This document shows, in pieces, positions 30,583 to 40,643 of a stretch of 64,000 nt of DNA. How positions within the stretch are numbered: position 1 is the stretch's first letter; each line of letters opens with the position of its first letter. Location: contig JAWODC010000082.1 of the NCBI GenBank assembly GCA_046483495.1, forward strand, positions 20,482 to 84,481, in the 5' to 3' direction. The translations under genes and the position numbers were made by a program. Under the pieces are notes generated by a model. The model was not told the origin of the DNA, did no database searches, and saw nothing but the letters and a program-made list of their open reading frames with translations. Source of the DNA: Desulfobacterales bacterium (GTDB lineage: Bacteria > Desulfobacterota > Desulfobacteria > Desulfobacterales > UBA5616).

Positions 30583-30597
30583 TTTAAACTGTTTAAA
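30583..30597. promoter_or_regulatory. Second perfect palindrome TTTAAAC-T-GTTTAAA
   Basis: Same dyad as 30471-30485, 112 bp away in the same intergenic region. Confidence 0.6.
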
Positions 30598-30664
30598 GGT
30601 TATGCTTATACATTTTTATCGTGCAGCTTAGTACAGTTAATGTCCACCGATTGACGGCTCATTA

Positions 30665-31125
30665 TCAAAATTCCGAGCCCGAAACATCGTGTGTAATAAT
30701 ATGACATGACGATTGCCGGTATACGGACTTGCGCCCTTTGGCCGAAGACCGCAATACATCGACGTTGATGTCGACGTAATCGTAGATGACCGCCGATGCC
30801 TTGCCCGGAGCCGGCCGCAGCACTCTTCCCATGTACTGCAGTATTCGTCCGCTGAACTTCACGGGTGTCGCCAGAAACAGGCCGGTCAGCCGTTCATTGT
30901 CGAATCCTTCACCGACAATTGACGCATGTACCCCCTTGGAATCCATAAGGCGGCACCCCGCTTTCTATAGCATTTCACGATTCTCGGAACACCCCTGTTC
31001 CATCGCCCCATCCGTTTGTTTTCCAGCCATTTGGGATTTTCGAGCTGCAGCTTTTGGACAAGTTTGTCGGCGACCGCCGGCGGCACATCCGTCAGCTTTA
31101 CATGTTGTTTTAAAATAATTTCCAT
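30665..31125 (-). pseudogene. Internally deleted, frameshifted superfamily II (DEAD/DEAH-box-like) helicase remnant
   Basis: The N-terminal piece (MEIILK..LENPKWLENKRMGRW..IPRGYMRQL) joins at CAATTG 30916-30921, out of frame, to helicase motifs V/VI (VGEGFD..LFLATPVKFSGRILQYMGRVLRP..IYDYVD). Motifs I-IV are missing. Confidence 0.75.
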
Positions 31126-31472
31126 ATTATCGGAGCTTTCGCCGAACATAATTACTTAAACCATGAATTTAATATATTATCTACATAGTTTCGTTATAAT
31201 TGACAATTTTTTATTCGGATTTTCAGTTCAGCGATTTCTTTTTCGTCACGGTCGTCCAAAAAGCCCCGGACCATCGCCTAAACCTCGAATTGTTCCCGCC
31301 GGTAATCGTCCATCGTTCTTCCCGACGCGTAAGCGCTCACGATTTCAATTCATAAAAAGATCAAACTCTGGTATAGGATTTTCATAATTAAAAAATCGTG
31401 TTTATATAACGGTATAACCAGGGTAATTGCAAGGACATCGTCTTGGGTGCCGCACTGTGAGATGTATACGGG

Positions 31473-34400
31473 ATGAGAAAAAATGACCCCATTGCCGTTG
31501 TCGGCATTTCCGGCATATTTCCCGGAGCTTCCGACCTCGATCAATTCTGGAGTAATCTGATTCACAAACGAAGTGCCGTTGACCGGGTAAAACCGCACCG
31601 CTGGGCCGCACCTCCGGAATGGATGGTTTCGCGCAGCGGAATACAGGATAAGGCCTATACCGCCCGATCATGTCACATTCCGGAATTTTTGGTGGATGCC
31701 GACGGACTCGATATCGATCCGGCTCTCCTTCGTGAACTGGACCCTCTTTACCATTTCGTGCTTCATACCGGAAAAGCGGCCCTGAACCAGTGCAGACATG
31801 CTTTGGTTGACCGGGAAAAAGCCGGTGTCTGCCTGGCTGCCATCGTTCTCCCCACGGATTCAGCGACGCGCATTACACGTTGGATTTTTGGCAGGGATTT
31901 TTCGGAAAGACTCTTCACGACCGCCGGCAGCCATCCGGCGCCGGACCGGCATGCGATGCTGTCCGCCAGGGTCGCCGCATTTCCGGCTGCGCTCCTGGCA
32001 AATGCCCTCAATCTGGGCGGCGGCGCCTTTACCCTGGATGCAGCATGCGCCTCGTCCTTGTATGCCGTAAAGCTCGCCTGCGACGAACTCCGGGACGGCC
32101 GTGCCGATCTTATGCTGGCCGGCGGTGTTTCGAGGCCGGATGCCCTCTTTACGCAAGTCGGTTTTTCGCAACTAAAAGCCCTCTCCCCTTCCGGACGCTG
32201 CGCCCCGTTCGATGAACGTGCGGACGGCCTCGTGGTCGGTGAAGGCGCCGGCATGCTCGTCCTGAAGCGCCTTTCGGATTCCGTCAGGGACAAGGATACT
32301 ATTTATGGTATAATCCGCAGCATCGGTTTGTCAAACGACATGCGCGGCAATCTGTTGGCGCCTGACACCGAGGGCCAGGTGCGTGCCATGACCCGGGCGT
32401 ACGATGCCGCCGGGTGGCGCCCGGATGATGTAGACCTTATCGAATGCCACGGCGCCGGAACAACCGTTGGAGACAGGATCGAGCTGAATTCGATGATGGC
32501 GCTGTGGGAGGGGTTCGCCTGGTCTCCCGGCCAATGTCCGATAGGCTCGGTGAAATCGGCAATCGGCCATCTCCTGACGGGTGCAGGCGTGGCCGGCATT
32601 ATTAAAACGCTTATGGGATTAGCTCATCACACGCTGCCGCCCTCCTTAAACTTTACCCGACCCCCAAACAACAGCCCCCTGCCCCAGAGCCCCTTCAGAG
32701 TGCAGACGGAACCCGAACCCTGGCCGGTCAAAAAGGATGGGACACCACGGCGCGCTGCGGTCAGTGCATTCGGTTTCGGCGGCACCAACGGCCATATTTT
32801 GCTGGAAGAATATGTGCCGTCCCGCAAGCCGGATTTACCCGTTGAAGTGCGATCCGAAAATACGGCCGGCAGGGATTGTTTCGAGGTTCGTGAAAAGCAT
32901 GAACCGATCGCCATCATCGGCATGGAGGCACTGTTCGGCGGGCTTGGTTCCCTCGAATCATTTCAGGAAGCCGTGTTCAAAGGAGAATCCGCGATCCGGC
33001 ATCGTCCTGAATCCCGATGGAGGGGCTGTGACGATCTTATGGAGCGCATGTTCGGACTTGGCGGAATTCGGGGCAACTTCACAGAGACCTTCGACCTGCC
33101 GTTCGGCCGATTTCATATACCACCCCGGGAAATTCCTGAAATTTTGCCGCAGCAGCTTTTGATGCTCACAACAGCCGCCGGGGCCATGAGGGATGCAGGC
33201 CTGGCCGTCACGGGCAAACGCCCGAAAATGAGCGCCTTGATCGGCATCGGCTTCGATTTCGAGACAACCGGCTTTCATCTGAGGTGGGGCTTGCATAACC
33301 AGATTGAACGGTGGAATCGCGAATACGCCCTGAACCTGTCCGAACAACAGCGTAATGCCTGGGAGCAAATGCTGATGGAAGAAATGGGGCCGCCGTTGAC
33401 CGCCGCCGCGACCATCGGAAATCTGGGCAGTATCGTAGCCAGCCGTATCGCTCGGGAATTTCAATTCGGCGGTCCGAGTTACTCCGTTTCAAATGATGAC
33501 GTCTCGGGATTGAAGGCTCTTGAAATCGGCGTTCGCTCCCTTCAGCAGGGAGAGTCCGACGCCGTACTGGTGGGCGCCGTAGACCTGTTCGGCGACCCTC
33601 GAAACCTTGCCTGCCGGCGCGGCGCCAGGCCGTTTGCAATGTCCGATCGCCTGCTTCCGTTCGATGAAAGGGCGGACGGCGCGCTTCCCGGCGAAGGGGC
33701 CGCGGCGCTCATAATCAAGCGTTTTTCCGATGCGATTGAAGACGGCGACCGGATATACGCCGTGATCAGGGGAGTCGGCAAAGCTTCCAACGCCTGTGGC
33801 GACACGGGGTGCATCGAATCCGGTGTGTATGCCCGGTCCATGGCCCAGGCACTGGTGGAAGCCGATGTTTCCCCGAATGCCGTAGGGCTTATCGAAGCCC
33901 ACGGCAGCGGTGATCCGATGGAAGACCGTGTCGAAATCCGCGCTTTTCACGATTTTTTCGGCCGCCGGAAAAGTGCCGCCCATGCATGCGCTATTGGAAC
34001 GGTCAAGCCGGTCATCGGCCACACCGGAGCCGCCGCCGGACTGGCATCCGTTGTAAAGGCCGCGCTGTGTGCGCACCGTCATGTCATTGCACCCGTACCG
34101 GGATTTCAGCGGGCCGGTGAACCGATAGATCACCGGCGGTTCCACATACCGGCTCTTCCCCAATACTGGCATACGGACGGTTCGAATCAGCTCCGAAATG
34201 CGTTGATCTGCGCGATGACAACGGACGGCAACTGCATGCACGTGGTCCTTTCGGAGCCCGAAAGGGATACACGAAACCACCGCCCCGAGGTATCTTCCAA
34301 CATATGGCGTGAACGCAAAAGACCTGTCGGCGCCATGCCCCACGGGCTGTTTTGGGTCACAGCCGAAAACAAACAGGGACTGATCGAACGCCTGGACACG

Positions 34401-37400
34401 CTTTCGGCGTTTTTTTCGGAACCCGGCAACTGCAACCTTCCTTTAGAAGACGCCGCCTGCAGATGGCACCGGTCTTTTCCGGCCGGGGCCTCGGACGGGG
34501 TTTCCGTCGTCATCGTCACTGCCGAACGAAGCCGCCTCGAGGAATGGATATCCCGTGCGAAGGAAGCCGTATTCGAAAACCGTCACGTGAGCATTACCGG
34601 CCCGGAAGGCGTGTGCTATTCGCCGAACGCGCTGGGCCCGCAAAGCCGAATCGCTTTTGTATATCCCGGTTCGGGTAATCATTACATTGGTATGGGCCGC
34701 GATATCAGCCTCCTCTGGCCGGAAGTGATCGGAAAAATGGAGCGTGAAACCGCATCGCTGAAAGCCCAGGTGCTACCACACCTCTTCGTCCCGTGGCGGG
34801 TGAACTGGGACGACGGGTGGGAACAAGAAACCCACGCAGCTATAGCCGCCAATCCCCTGAATATGATCATCGGCCAGGTTGCTTATGGATGCATGATGAC
34901 GGAACTCATCCAGAGGTTCACTATTCGGCCGGATGCGGTGATCGGGTACAGCCTGGGCGAATCCACCGGATATTTCGCCCTTCATGTGTGGCAGGATCGT
35001 GCACTGATGCTCGACCGGATGCATGCATCCGATTTGTTTACCGACCGGCTTGCCGGTCCATGCACGGCCGTAAGGCGCATGTGGGGCCTTTCTCCGGAGC
35101 AGGAATTAAACTGGTGTACCGCCGTTGTAAACCGTTCCGTTGAAGACGTGCAATCCGCCCTGAAGCATCATCCGCTGGTGAGATGCCTGATCGTAAACAC
35201 CCGCCGTCAATGCGTGATCGGCGGGCACAGGCCCGATGTTTCCACCGTAGTCGACGCGCTTGCCTGCGAAGCCGTTTTCCTGGACGGTGTGTTGGCGGTT
35301 CACAGTGATGCGGCGCAGCCTGCCGCCAAGGACTACAAAGCCCTTCATGAATTCCCGGTCAATCCGCCGAAAAACGTGACGTTTTACAGTTGTGCCGACG
35401 GAAAGGTTCGAACCCTTACCAGCCGTAGCGCCGCCGAATCCATCCTGAAACAGGCGCTACACGGTTTCGATTTCACCCAAACGATCGAACAGGCCTATGC
35501 AGACGGTATTCGCATTTTTATTGAAATGGGACCCCATGCGTCCTGTACGGGCATGATTCGAACCATCTTGCAGGGGCGCCCCCATGCGGCGGCATCGCTC
35601 AGTTTTCGGGGAGAGAGTGAATACCTGTCCGTTTTAAAATGTCTGGCTGCCGTGCTGTCGGAAGGCGTCCCCGCCGACCTGTCCGCCCTGTTCAGCCTGG
35701 CCGACGAATCGCCGGTCCCGGACGATGCGGTTTCTGCGCCCTCGAAAAAACATGTCGTTTCAGTGGCGGTCGGCGGACCGCCCCCTTGCCCGGTGCCGCC
35801 GGGCCCGATGGGAACGGGTCGTGACACGAACGTTTTGCGAAAAGCGGCATCAACGGAGAATGCCGGGAGCCTGCCGGACGCAGCCGAAACACGCCTTCAA
35901 ACCGGCAACCGTTCATCCGGAGTGATATATCGCGATCTTATCGCCGCTGTACCCGGCATCAATGAAGCGGCATCGCGAGCCCACGAAACGTTTCTTTCCC
36001 TGTCCATGGAGATTCAAAAAAATCAAGCCCAGGCCTTTAAACTCCAGAACCGTCTGTTGGAAATGATGCTGCGCGATCCCGCTGAACCGAATACCGCGGT
36101 CTTTACCAAGGACATGCCGGCCGATGATGCAATCCGTCGCTGGCCGCAGGATATTTATCGTCACGGAAAAGCCCCTTATCCGGAAGCATCCGATTCCATC
36201 GCGTTTTCACGGCAGATGTGCATGGAATTCGCCGTCGGATCGGCAGCCAAGGTCCTCGGTCCGGAATTCGCCGTCATCGACACGTACGAAAAGCGGGTCC
36301 GTCTTCCGGATGAACCCCTGATGCTGGTGGATCGGATTTTGTCGATCACCGGCGAGAAATGCTCCCTTACGGGCGGAAAAATCGTTACCGAACATGATGT
36401 CGCCCCTCAGGCCTGGTACCTGGACGGCGGCAAGGCACCGACCTGCATCGCCGTGGAGGCGGGGCAGGCGGACCTGTTCTTATGCGCCTATTTGGGAATC
36501 GATCACCGGGTCAAAGGACAGCGGGTTTACCGCCTGCTCGATGCCACTGTGGAATTTCACCGCGGCCTTCCGGAACCGGGGGACATTATCCAATACCACA
36601 TATTCATCGATCGATTTGTCCGCCAGGGAGAAACCTACCTGTTCTTCTTCAATTTTGAAGGATACATTCGCGGCGAACCGCTCATCACCATGACAAACGG
36701 CTGCGCGGGCTTTTTTACCGAGGCGGAGGTGAACCATTCAGGCGGCATTCTCAGGGCACCCGATGAGCAGCTTTCGTCCTCCGGGGCCGGGAATGCACCG
36801 CTGTTCGTACCGGTCCGGTTCGAGGCCGGAACCTACCCGGACCATGCGGTCGACAGCCTGAGAAGAGGCGACGCAGCGGCCTGCTTCGGAGCGGGTTTCG
36901 AGGGCGTTGTCATTCCGGAAAATCTCAGACTTCCGGGAGGTCTCATGAAGCTCGTAGACAGGGTTCTTCATATCGACCCTGAAGGCGGCCTTTACGGCCT
37001 GGGCGTTATTCGCGCGGAGGCGGATATCCATCCGGGCGACTGGTTTCTCACGTGCCACTTCAAAGATGACATGGTGATGCCGGGAACCCTCATGTACGAG
37101 TGCTGCGTCCATACCCTTCGGATATTTTTCCAGCAGATCGGATGGATATCGGACGTCCCCGGCGCCGCATACGAACCGAAAACCGGCATTCAGGCGATCA
37201 TGAAATGCCGCGGTCCCGTGACCCCCCGAACCCGGCACGTTCACTACGAGATCGACATAAAGGAAATGGGATACGATCCGGAGCCTTACGCGATTGCGGA
37301 CGCCCACATGTTTGCTGACGGCCGCTGCATCGTCCGGTTCAGCAACATGTCCCTGAAGCTCTCCCGCACCACTGAAAACGATGTGCGGATATTCTGGGAA

Positions 37401-38606
37401 AACCATGCGCATGCGAAGAAGACCGCCGTGGACGCCGAACAAACCGCTCACAAAGCGCTTTACGACCGAAAGCACCTGCTTGAGTTCGCACTGGGCAGTC
37501 CCGCAAAAGCGTTCGGTCCCGCATACCGGCCGTTTGAAAAAGACCGCTTCATCGCCCGCCTCCCCAATCCGCCGTACCTGTTTATGGACCGCATCGTCCG
37601 CTGCGAGCCCCGGCCGTGGGTCTTGAAACCGGGCGGATGGATCGAAGCCGAATTCGATGTGCGGCCGGACCACTGGTATTTTTTTGCGAACAGGTCCGAT
37701 ACGATGCCGTTTGCCGTGCTTTTGGAGATTGCGCTTCAGCCCTGCGGATGGCTTGCCGCTTTTATGGGATCCGCCCTTGCCGGTGAAAAAGACCTGAGAT
37801 TTCGAAATCTGGACGGCAAGGCCGTTCAGTATGCAGAGGTCATGCAGGAACGAACGACCCTGACCACCCGGGCCCGGTGCAAACAGGTTTCAACGGCAGG
37901 CGACATGATCATCGAATCTTTCGAGTTCGCCGTCAAAAACGGTGATTCCGTGATCTACTCGGGAGAAACGAGTTTCGGATTCTTTACAGAGCATGCCCTC
38001 GAGCAGCAGAAAGGCATCCGGGATGCAAAAGGACGCCTTAACCCGAGGTCCAACGAACGTAAGGGAATACACATCCACCGGAAGATTGCGAAAACAGCGC
38101 CGTTTTTTCCAAACGATCCGGACGGCAAACGGCCGACCCATCCACCGCAAACGCCCGCCCTTCCCGGCAAAGCCCTTTTGATGATCGATGACGTTCAGAC
38201 GCTGCTGCCTGACGGCGGCTCTTCGGGACTGGGATTCATCCACGGCGCCAAGGCGGTCGATCCGGATGAATGGGTGTTTGCCGCCCATTTTCTTCATGAC
38301 CCGGTGTACCCCGGCTCTCTTGGGATCGAAGCGTTTGTTCAATTGTTGAAATTTTTCGCCCTGGACCGATGGAATGGGTTGACGGATTTTTCCCGATTTG
38401 AAATGATCACCGGCCATGAACATCGATGGTCCTATCGGGGCCAGATTACCCCCCAAAACAAAAAAGTGGTGGTGGAAGCGTCCGTGACTGAACGCCGTGA
38501 AGATCCTGTGCCGTCATTGACAGCAAGCGGATTTTTGCACGTGGACGGAACCGTGATTTACGAACTCGACAATTTCGGCATACGGGCTGCAAGAAATCGA
38601 TCGTAA
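31473..38606 (+). CDS. pfaBC: PfaBC-type fused synthase: KS-CLF(KS-like)-AT-FabA-like DH domains
   Basis: KS1: TLDAACASS, ECHGAGT, GHLLTGAG. KS2 lacks the active Cys (YSVSNDDVSG). AT: YPGSGNHY, GYSLGES. Hot-dog DHs: RLPDEPLMLVDR, WFLTCHFKDDMVMPGTLMYE, RLPNPPYLFMDR, AHFLHDPVYPGSLGIEA. Confidence 0.93.
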   Translation: MRKNDPIAVVGISGIFPGASDLDQFWSNLIHKRSAVDRVKPHRWAAPPEWMVSRSGIQDKAYTARSCHIPEFLVDADGLDIDPALLRELDPLYHFVLHTGKAALNQCRHALVDREKAGVCLAAIVLPTDSATRITRWIFGRDFSERLFTTAGSHPAPDRHAMLSARVAAFPAALLANALNLGGGAFTLDAACASSLYAVKLACDELRDGRADLMLAGGVSRPDALFTQVGFSQLKALSPSGRCAPFDERADGLVVGEGAGMLVLKRLSDSVRDKDTIYGIIRSIGLSNDMRGNLLAPDTEGQVRAMTRAYDAAGWRPDDVDLIECHGAGTTVGDRIELNSMMALWEGFAWSPGQCPIGSVKSAIGHLLTGAGVAGIIKTLMGLAHHTLPPSLNFTRPPNNSPLPQSPFRVQTEPEPWPVKKDGTPRRAAVSAFGFGGTNGHILLEEYVPSRKPDLPVEVRSENTAGRDCFEVREKHEPIAIIGMEALFGGLGSLESFQEAVFKGESAIRHRPESRWRGCDDLMERMFGLGGIRGNFTETFDLPFGRFHIPPREIPEILPQQLLMLTTAAGAMRDAGLAVTGKRPKMSALIGIGFDFETTGFHLRWGLHNQIERWNREYALNLSEQQRNAWEQMLMEEMGPPLTAAATIGNLGSIVASRIAREFQFGGPSYSVSNDDVSGLKALEIGVRSLQQGESDAVLVGAVDLFGDPRNLACRRGARPFAMSDRLLPFDERADGALPGEGAAALIIKRFSDAIEDGDRIYAVIRGVGKASNACGDTGCIESGVYARSMAQALVEADVSPNAVGLIEAHGSGDPMEDRVEIRAFHDFFGRRKSAAHACAIGTVKPVIGHTGAAAGLASVVKAALCAHRHVIAPVPGFQRAGEPIDHRRFHIPALPQYWHTDGSNQLRNALICAMTTDGNCMHVVLSEPERDTRNHRPEVSSNIWRERKRPVGAMPHGLFWVTAENKQGLIERLDTLSAFFSEPGNCNLPLEDAACRWHRSFPAGASDGVSVVIVTAERSRLEEWISRAKEAVFENRHVSITGPEGVCYSPNALGPQSRIAFVYPGSGNHYIGMGRDISLLWPEVIGKMERETASLKAQVLPHLFVPWRVNWDDGWEQETHAAIAANPLNMIIGQVAYGCMMTELIQRFTIRPDAVIGYSLGESTGYFALHVWQDRALMLDRMHASDLFTDRLAGPCTAVRRMWGLSPEQELNWCTAVVNRSVEDVQSALKHHPLVRCLIVNTRRQCVIGGHRPDVSTVVDALACEAVFLDGVLAVHSDAAQPAAKDYKALHEFPVNPPKNVTFYSCADGKVRTLTSRSAAESILKQALHGFDFTQTIEQAYADGIRIFIEMGPHASCTGMIRTILQGRPHAAASLSFRGESEYLSVLKCLAAVLSEGVPADLSALFSLADESPVPDDAVSAPSKKHVVSVAVGGPPPCPVPPGPMGTGRDTNVLRKAASTENAGSLPDAAETRLQTGNRSSGVIYRDLIAAVPGINEAASRAHETFLSLSMEIQKNQAQAFKLQNRLLEMMLRDPAEPNTAVFTKDMPADDAIRRWPQDIYRHGKAPYPEASDSIAFSRQMCMEFAVGSAAKVLGPEFAVIDTYEKRVRLPDEPLMLVDRILSITGEKCSLTGGKIVTEHDVAPQAWYLDGGKAPTCIAVEAGQADLFLCAYLGIDHRVKGQRVYRLLDATVEFHRGLPEPGDIIQYHIFIDRFVRQGETYLFFFNFEGYIRGEPLITMTNGCAGFFTEAEVNHSGGILRAPDEQLSSSGAGNAPLFVPVRFEAGTYPDHAVDSLRRGDAAACFGAGFEGVVIPENLRLPGGLMKLVDRVLHIDPEGGLYGLGVIRAEADIHPGDWFLTCHFKDDMVMPGTLMYECCVHTLRIFFQQIGWISDVPGAAYEPKTGIQAIMKCRGPVTPRTRHVHYEIDIKEMGYDPEPYAIADAHMFADGRCIVRFSNMSLKLSRTTENDVRIFWENHAHAKKTAVDAEQTAHKALYDRKHLLEFALGSPAKAFGPAYRPFEKDRFIARLPNPPYLFMDRIVRCEPRPWVLKPGGWIEAEFDVRPDHWYFFANRSDTMPFAVLLEIALQPCGWLAAFMGSALAGEKDLRFRNLDGKAVQYAEVMQERTTLTTRARCKQVSTAGDMIIESFEFAVKNGDSVIYSGETSFGFFTEHALEQQKGIRDAKGRLNPRSNERKGIHIHRKIAKTAPFFPNDPDGKRPTHPPQTPALPGKALLMIDDVQTLLPDGGSSGLGFIHGAKAVDPDEWVFAAHFLHDPVYPGSLGIEAFVQLLKFFALDRWNGLTDFSRFEMITGHEHRWSYRGQITPQNKKVVVEASVTERREDPVPSLTASGFLHVDGTVIYELDNFGIRAARNRS

Positions 38607-38663
38607 TGCGGCCGCATCGCCTTTTCGCCGTTGAATACGCCGAAACCGCCTGCAGACAGAACC

Positions 38664-39713
38664 ATGACATCGTTTCACTACAAAAATGTGTTCATTGACG
38701 CCTTCGGGTATGAACTTGCGCCGAACGTGGTGACCTCCGAAGAATTGGAGCTGCGCCTCGAACCCGTTTACAAGGCCCTGCGGCTTCAACAAGGAACCCT
38801 CGAAGCGGTTACCGGCGTCAGCGAAAGACGCTTCTGGGATCCGGATTTCAGTGTCGGCCGGGGGGCTGTGATGGCCGGGAAAAAGGCCCTTTTGCAATCC
38901 GCGGTGCCGGTTGAAGATATCGGCATGCTGATCTACGGCGGCGTTTGCCGGGATCATCTCGAGCCCGCTACCGCCTGCGCCGTTGCCCATGGACTGGGGC
39001 TTACTTCCGATGCACTGGTGTACGACATTTCCAATGCCTGTCTGGGTGTGTTAAACGGCATGGTGGAAATTGCCAATGCCATCGAATTGGGCGCAATCCG
39101 GGCCGGGATGGTGGTTTCCTGCGAATCGGCCCGGCAAATCATCGATGTGACCATTGACCGGCTTCTGGCCGAAAAGAACATGGATACGTTTAAAAAAACC
39201 GTCGCCACCCTCACCGGAGGCTCCGGAGCCGTCGCAGTAGTGCTGGCGGATGCATCGCTTTCCGGCAGCGGCAGGCGCCTTGCGGGCGGGGTCGCGAAAA
39301 GCGCAGCCGAGCACCATCCGCTGTGCACGTGGGGTCCGAATACCGGCATTCCCACGGCAGGTGATCAGGTCATGGAAACCGATTCGGCCGGGGTGCTCAA
39401 GCATGGCGTGGCCCTCGGCGTCGCCACCTACCATTATTTCAAGGTACAGATGGCACTGTCGGAAGACCGGCCGGATAAAATCATCTGCCACCAGGTCGGC
39501 GCAACCCATCAACGCACCATTCTGGGGGCCATTGACATCCCCGCTGAAAAGGATTTCACCACCTTTCGGCATCTTGGAAACATCGGAACCGTTTCCCTGC
39601 CCATTACCGCGGCAATCGGCAATGAACGGGGATTTCTCCAACCCGGAGATGCGGTCGGATTTCTCGGCATCGGCAGTGGGTTGAACTGTTTGATGCTTCG
39701 GGTGGACTGGTAG
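38664..39713 (+). CDS. oleA: OleA thiolase-fold (KAS III-like) head-to-head acyl condensing enzyme
   Basis: TGVSERRFW, RDHLEPATA (OleA Glu), DISNACLG (Cys), TLTGGSGA, ICHQVG, LGNIG, GIGSGLNC; first gene of an oleABCD run. Confidence 0.93.
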   Translation: MTSFHYKNVFIDAFGYELAPNVVTSEELELRLEPVYKALRLQQGTLEAVTGVSERRFWDPDFSVGRGAVMAGKKALLQSAVPVEDIGMLIYGGVCRDHLEPATACAVAHGLGLTSDALVYDISNACLGVLNGMVEIANAIELGAIRAGMVVSCESARQIIDVTIDRLLAEKNMDTFKKTVATLTGGSGAVAVVLADASLSGSGRRLAGGVAKSAAEHHPLCTWGPNTGIPTAGDQVMETDSAGVLKHGVALGVATYHYFKVQMALSEDRPDKIICHQVGATHQRTILGAIDIPAEKDFTTFRHLGNIGTVSLPITAAIGNERGFLQPGDAVGFLGIGSGLNCLMLRVDW

Positions 39714-39716
39714 CCG

Positions 39717-40643
39717 ATGAGCACCCCGACGACCGCACGCCTGCCAAAAGAGGTTCGTGCGCTGTACCCTTTTCGATCCCGCTGGGTGACAGTTAACGGG
39801 TTTCGCTGCCACTATGTCGACGAAGGATCGGGAGATCCCGTGTTGATGGTTCATGGAAATCCCACGTGGTCCTTTTTTTTCAGAAAATTGATCGAGGGAC
39901 TTTCCCCGTGCTATCGGGCAATTGCGCCGGACCATATCGGCTGCGGGCTGTCCGAAAAGCCCCATCCACAGGCATATGATTTTCGCCTGTCCAGCCGGAT
40001 TAACGACCTGCGGCAATTGATCGCATCCCTGAACCTGGACCGAAAACTCAGCCTGATTTTGCACGATTGGGGCGGCATGATCGGCATGGCGTATGCCGTC
40101 GCATATCCCGAGAACATCGGACGGATCGTGATCATGAACACCGCCGCATTTCCGCCGCCCACCGGGAAATCCATTCCGCTGCGGCTTGAACTGGTGCGGC
40201 GCATCAGACCGTTTGCCGCACCGGCCGTGCTTGGATTGAATATATTCGCCAGGGCCGCACTGTACATGGCTGCCGCCAAAACGCTTGCCGCACCGGTAAA
40301 AAAAGGGCTTCTCGCACCTTACGATTCATGGCACAACCGGCGGGCGATCCTGAAATTCGTTCAGGATATTCCCCTGTCGCCGAAGCATCCCAGCTATGCT
40401 GTGGTAAAGCAGACGGCGGAAAGCCTTCATTTGCTCGCTCGTATCCCTATACTGATTCTGTGGGGAAAACGGGATTTCGTATTCGATCCCGACTATCTCG
40501 AAGCGTGGCAAAAACGATTTCCATCGGCATCCGTACATGTTTTCGACGATGCCGGCCATTACCTTTTAGAGGATGCACCGGAAGAGGCCCTTAACCATAT
40601 CAGGCGATTTCTAGACCAAAACCCCTTGGATGACACATTATGA
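39717..40643 (+). CDS. oleB: OleB alpha/beta-hydrolase (beta-lactone decarboxylase, haloalkane-dehalogenase-like)
   Basis: YPF.S, MVHGNPTWSF, PDHIGCGLSEKP, LHDWGGMIG, NTAAF, FVQDIP, AGHYLLEDA. Confidence 0.92.
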   Translation: MSTPTTARLPKEVRALYPFRSRWVTVNGFRCHYVDEGSGDPVLMVHGNPTWSFFFRKLIEGLSPCYRAIAPDHIGCGLSEKPHPQAYDFRLSSRINDLRQLIASLNLDRKLSLILHDWGGMIGMAYAVAYPENIGRIVIMNTAAFPPPTGKSIPLRLELVRRIRPFAAPAVLGLNIFARAALYMAAAKTLAAPVKKGLLAPYDSWHNRRAILKFVQDIPLSPKHPSYAVVKQTAESLHLLARIPILILWGKRDFVFDPDYLEAWQKRFPSASVHVFDDAGHYLLEDAPEEALNHIRRFLDQNPLDDTL

